Positions 62,930 through 64,000 of a stretch of DNA of 64,000 bases are shown in pieces. The DNA is from Octopus bimaculoides. Taxonomy: Eukaryota. The stretch lies in contig NC_068982.1 of assembly GCF_001194135.2 (NCBI RefSeq), positions 166,339,199 to 166,403,198 on the forward strand. The letters are read 5' to 3'. How positions within the stretch are numbered: the first letter of the stretch is position 1; each line of letters opens with the position of its first letter. Made by a program: the position numbers and the translations under genes. Under the pieces are notes generated by a model, which was not told the origin of the DNA, searched no databases, and saw only the letters and a program-made list of their open reading frames with translations.

Positions 62930-64000
62930 TATTCAGGTCACTGCCTGGAATCAAACTCGGAATCTTGGGGTTAATAGCCCATGCTCTTAACCACTATGCC
63001 ATATGCCCGTGGGCAATTATGGAGTGAATTTTAGGGCTTATAAATCTAATATTCTCCTATCCTTCATAAATACCGGTTCCCATGTGCTGTTCATATCTGC
63101 ACTCGGTCTGCTTCGGAGGTTGTTGTGTCCTAGCATATGTGCTGCTTCTTTTAGTTTTCGTATTTTCCAGTGGTGTTCTCTGTCTATTATTTTAACTCCA
63201 TCCTACAGGGGAAAGTGGTCTCCATTTTTCCATACATGATCAGCTATACCCAATTTATCAATATCTCCCCGTGTCACAGCTTTGCAATGTTCCTCTACCC
63301 TTATTTTGAGGGGGCGATATGTTTCACCTTTGTATAACCTACCACAGCTGCATGGCATGGAGTACACACAGTTTTTGGTCTTATTCTCTTCTATTGGTGG
63401 TTTTACTCGAAGGAGATATCTGTGAAGTGTTGTATTACTTTTGAATACTGTGCTGATGTCATATGGGCCGCATATCTTTTGTATCCTTTCGGACAGGTTT
63501 TTCACATAGGGTAGACAGACTGTGGACAGTTTATCGGTTTCATCCTCTCTTTCCTTCATAATTGGAGTGGAGAGTATGCTTTTGGGGTAGTTGTTGCTTA
63601 ATAGATTGTTACTGAGCTTGATCATTTCTTCGTGGTGGGTATCACAGTTGCTACTTATATNNNNNNNNNNTTGTTACTGAGCTTGATCATTTCTTCGTGG
63701 TGGGTATCACAGTTGCTACTTATATTCATTGCTCGATGTTTTAGGCACTGAGCAATCCCTCTCTTTCCACTGTATGGATGGTGGGAGTTGAAGTTGAGGT
63801 ATCGTCCAGTGAAGGTCGGCTTGCGGTATACATATGTCTTGAATCCATACTTGGTGCGTGTTATTAATACGTCCAGGAATGCTAGCTGATTGCCTTTTGC
63901 TTTCTCCATTGTGAACTGTATGGATGGCTTTATTGAGTTCACATGATCTAACAGCACTTGGACATCTTCCTGGTGGGGCCAGAGTATGAAGGTGTCATCA
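62930..64000 (-). mobile_element. Penelope-like element (Penelope/Poseidon-type RT + GIY-YIG), in an IDUA intron, running off the window
   Basis: DDTFILW (catalytic DD at 63994-63999), FLDVLI, YRKPTFTGRYLNFNSHHP, CVYSMPCSCGRLYKGET..LKIRVEEH. One premature TAG at 63203-63205; natural stop at 63038-63040. A tRNA-like segment follows at 62936-63008. Confidence 0.93.
63606..63725. other. Assembly artefact: identical 55-bp duplication flanking a 10-N gap
   Basis: 63606-63660 equals 63671-63725. Removing 65 bp puts ORFs 63655-63957 and 63203-63625 in the same frame. Confidence 0.9.

Noticed and set aside
63606-63725. Biological tandem duplication or programmed frameshift in the PLE ORF
   Set aside because: An identical 55-bp copy on each side of a 10-N gap is the signature of unmerged contig overlap.
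1-64000. CRISPR arrays, operons, rRNA or prokaryotic contamination
   Set aside because: No repeat-spacer arrays, rRNA-like tracts or gene-dense bacterial segments were seen; all recognised genes are spliceosomal-type eukaryotic loci.

Overview
AT-rich, microsatellite- and repeat-dense eukaryotic genomic DNA with 8 N-gaps. The repeat families and gene sequences suggest a cephalopod mollusc, most likely Octopus (inference). Four protein-coding genes were reconstructed by hand from splice sites and frame phase. (1) MIEAP/SPATA18-domain gene (+): exons 22447-22789, 24304-24514, 25882-26067, 27826-28110; first coding exon unresolved. (2) TTC1 (-): coding exons 46116-46487, 43834-44007, 42805-42990, 38823-38877, 37561-37691, giving 305 aa. 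(3) Rab escort protein REP/CHM (+): 51727-53841, a single coding exon, head-to-head with TTC1 across a very short shared promoter. (4) The last two exons of alpha-L-iduronidase IDUA (-): 62233-62342 and 58970-59070, both absent from the ORF track. The rest is tRNA-derived SINEs, RTE LINE ends, a Penelope-like element, a Gypsy 3' end, Tc1/mariner, piggyBac-like and hAT-like MITEs, and a Helitron remnant. The most interesting candidate is a 332-bp TSD-flanked unit at 31162-31493. It has a tRNA-like Pol III head, tandem hammerhead-like cores and a Penelope-type inverted arm, and its head is ~93% identical to the 3' UTR of the Penelope-like element at 62930-64000. All calls are by eye; no database searches or folding were run.
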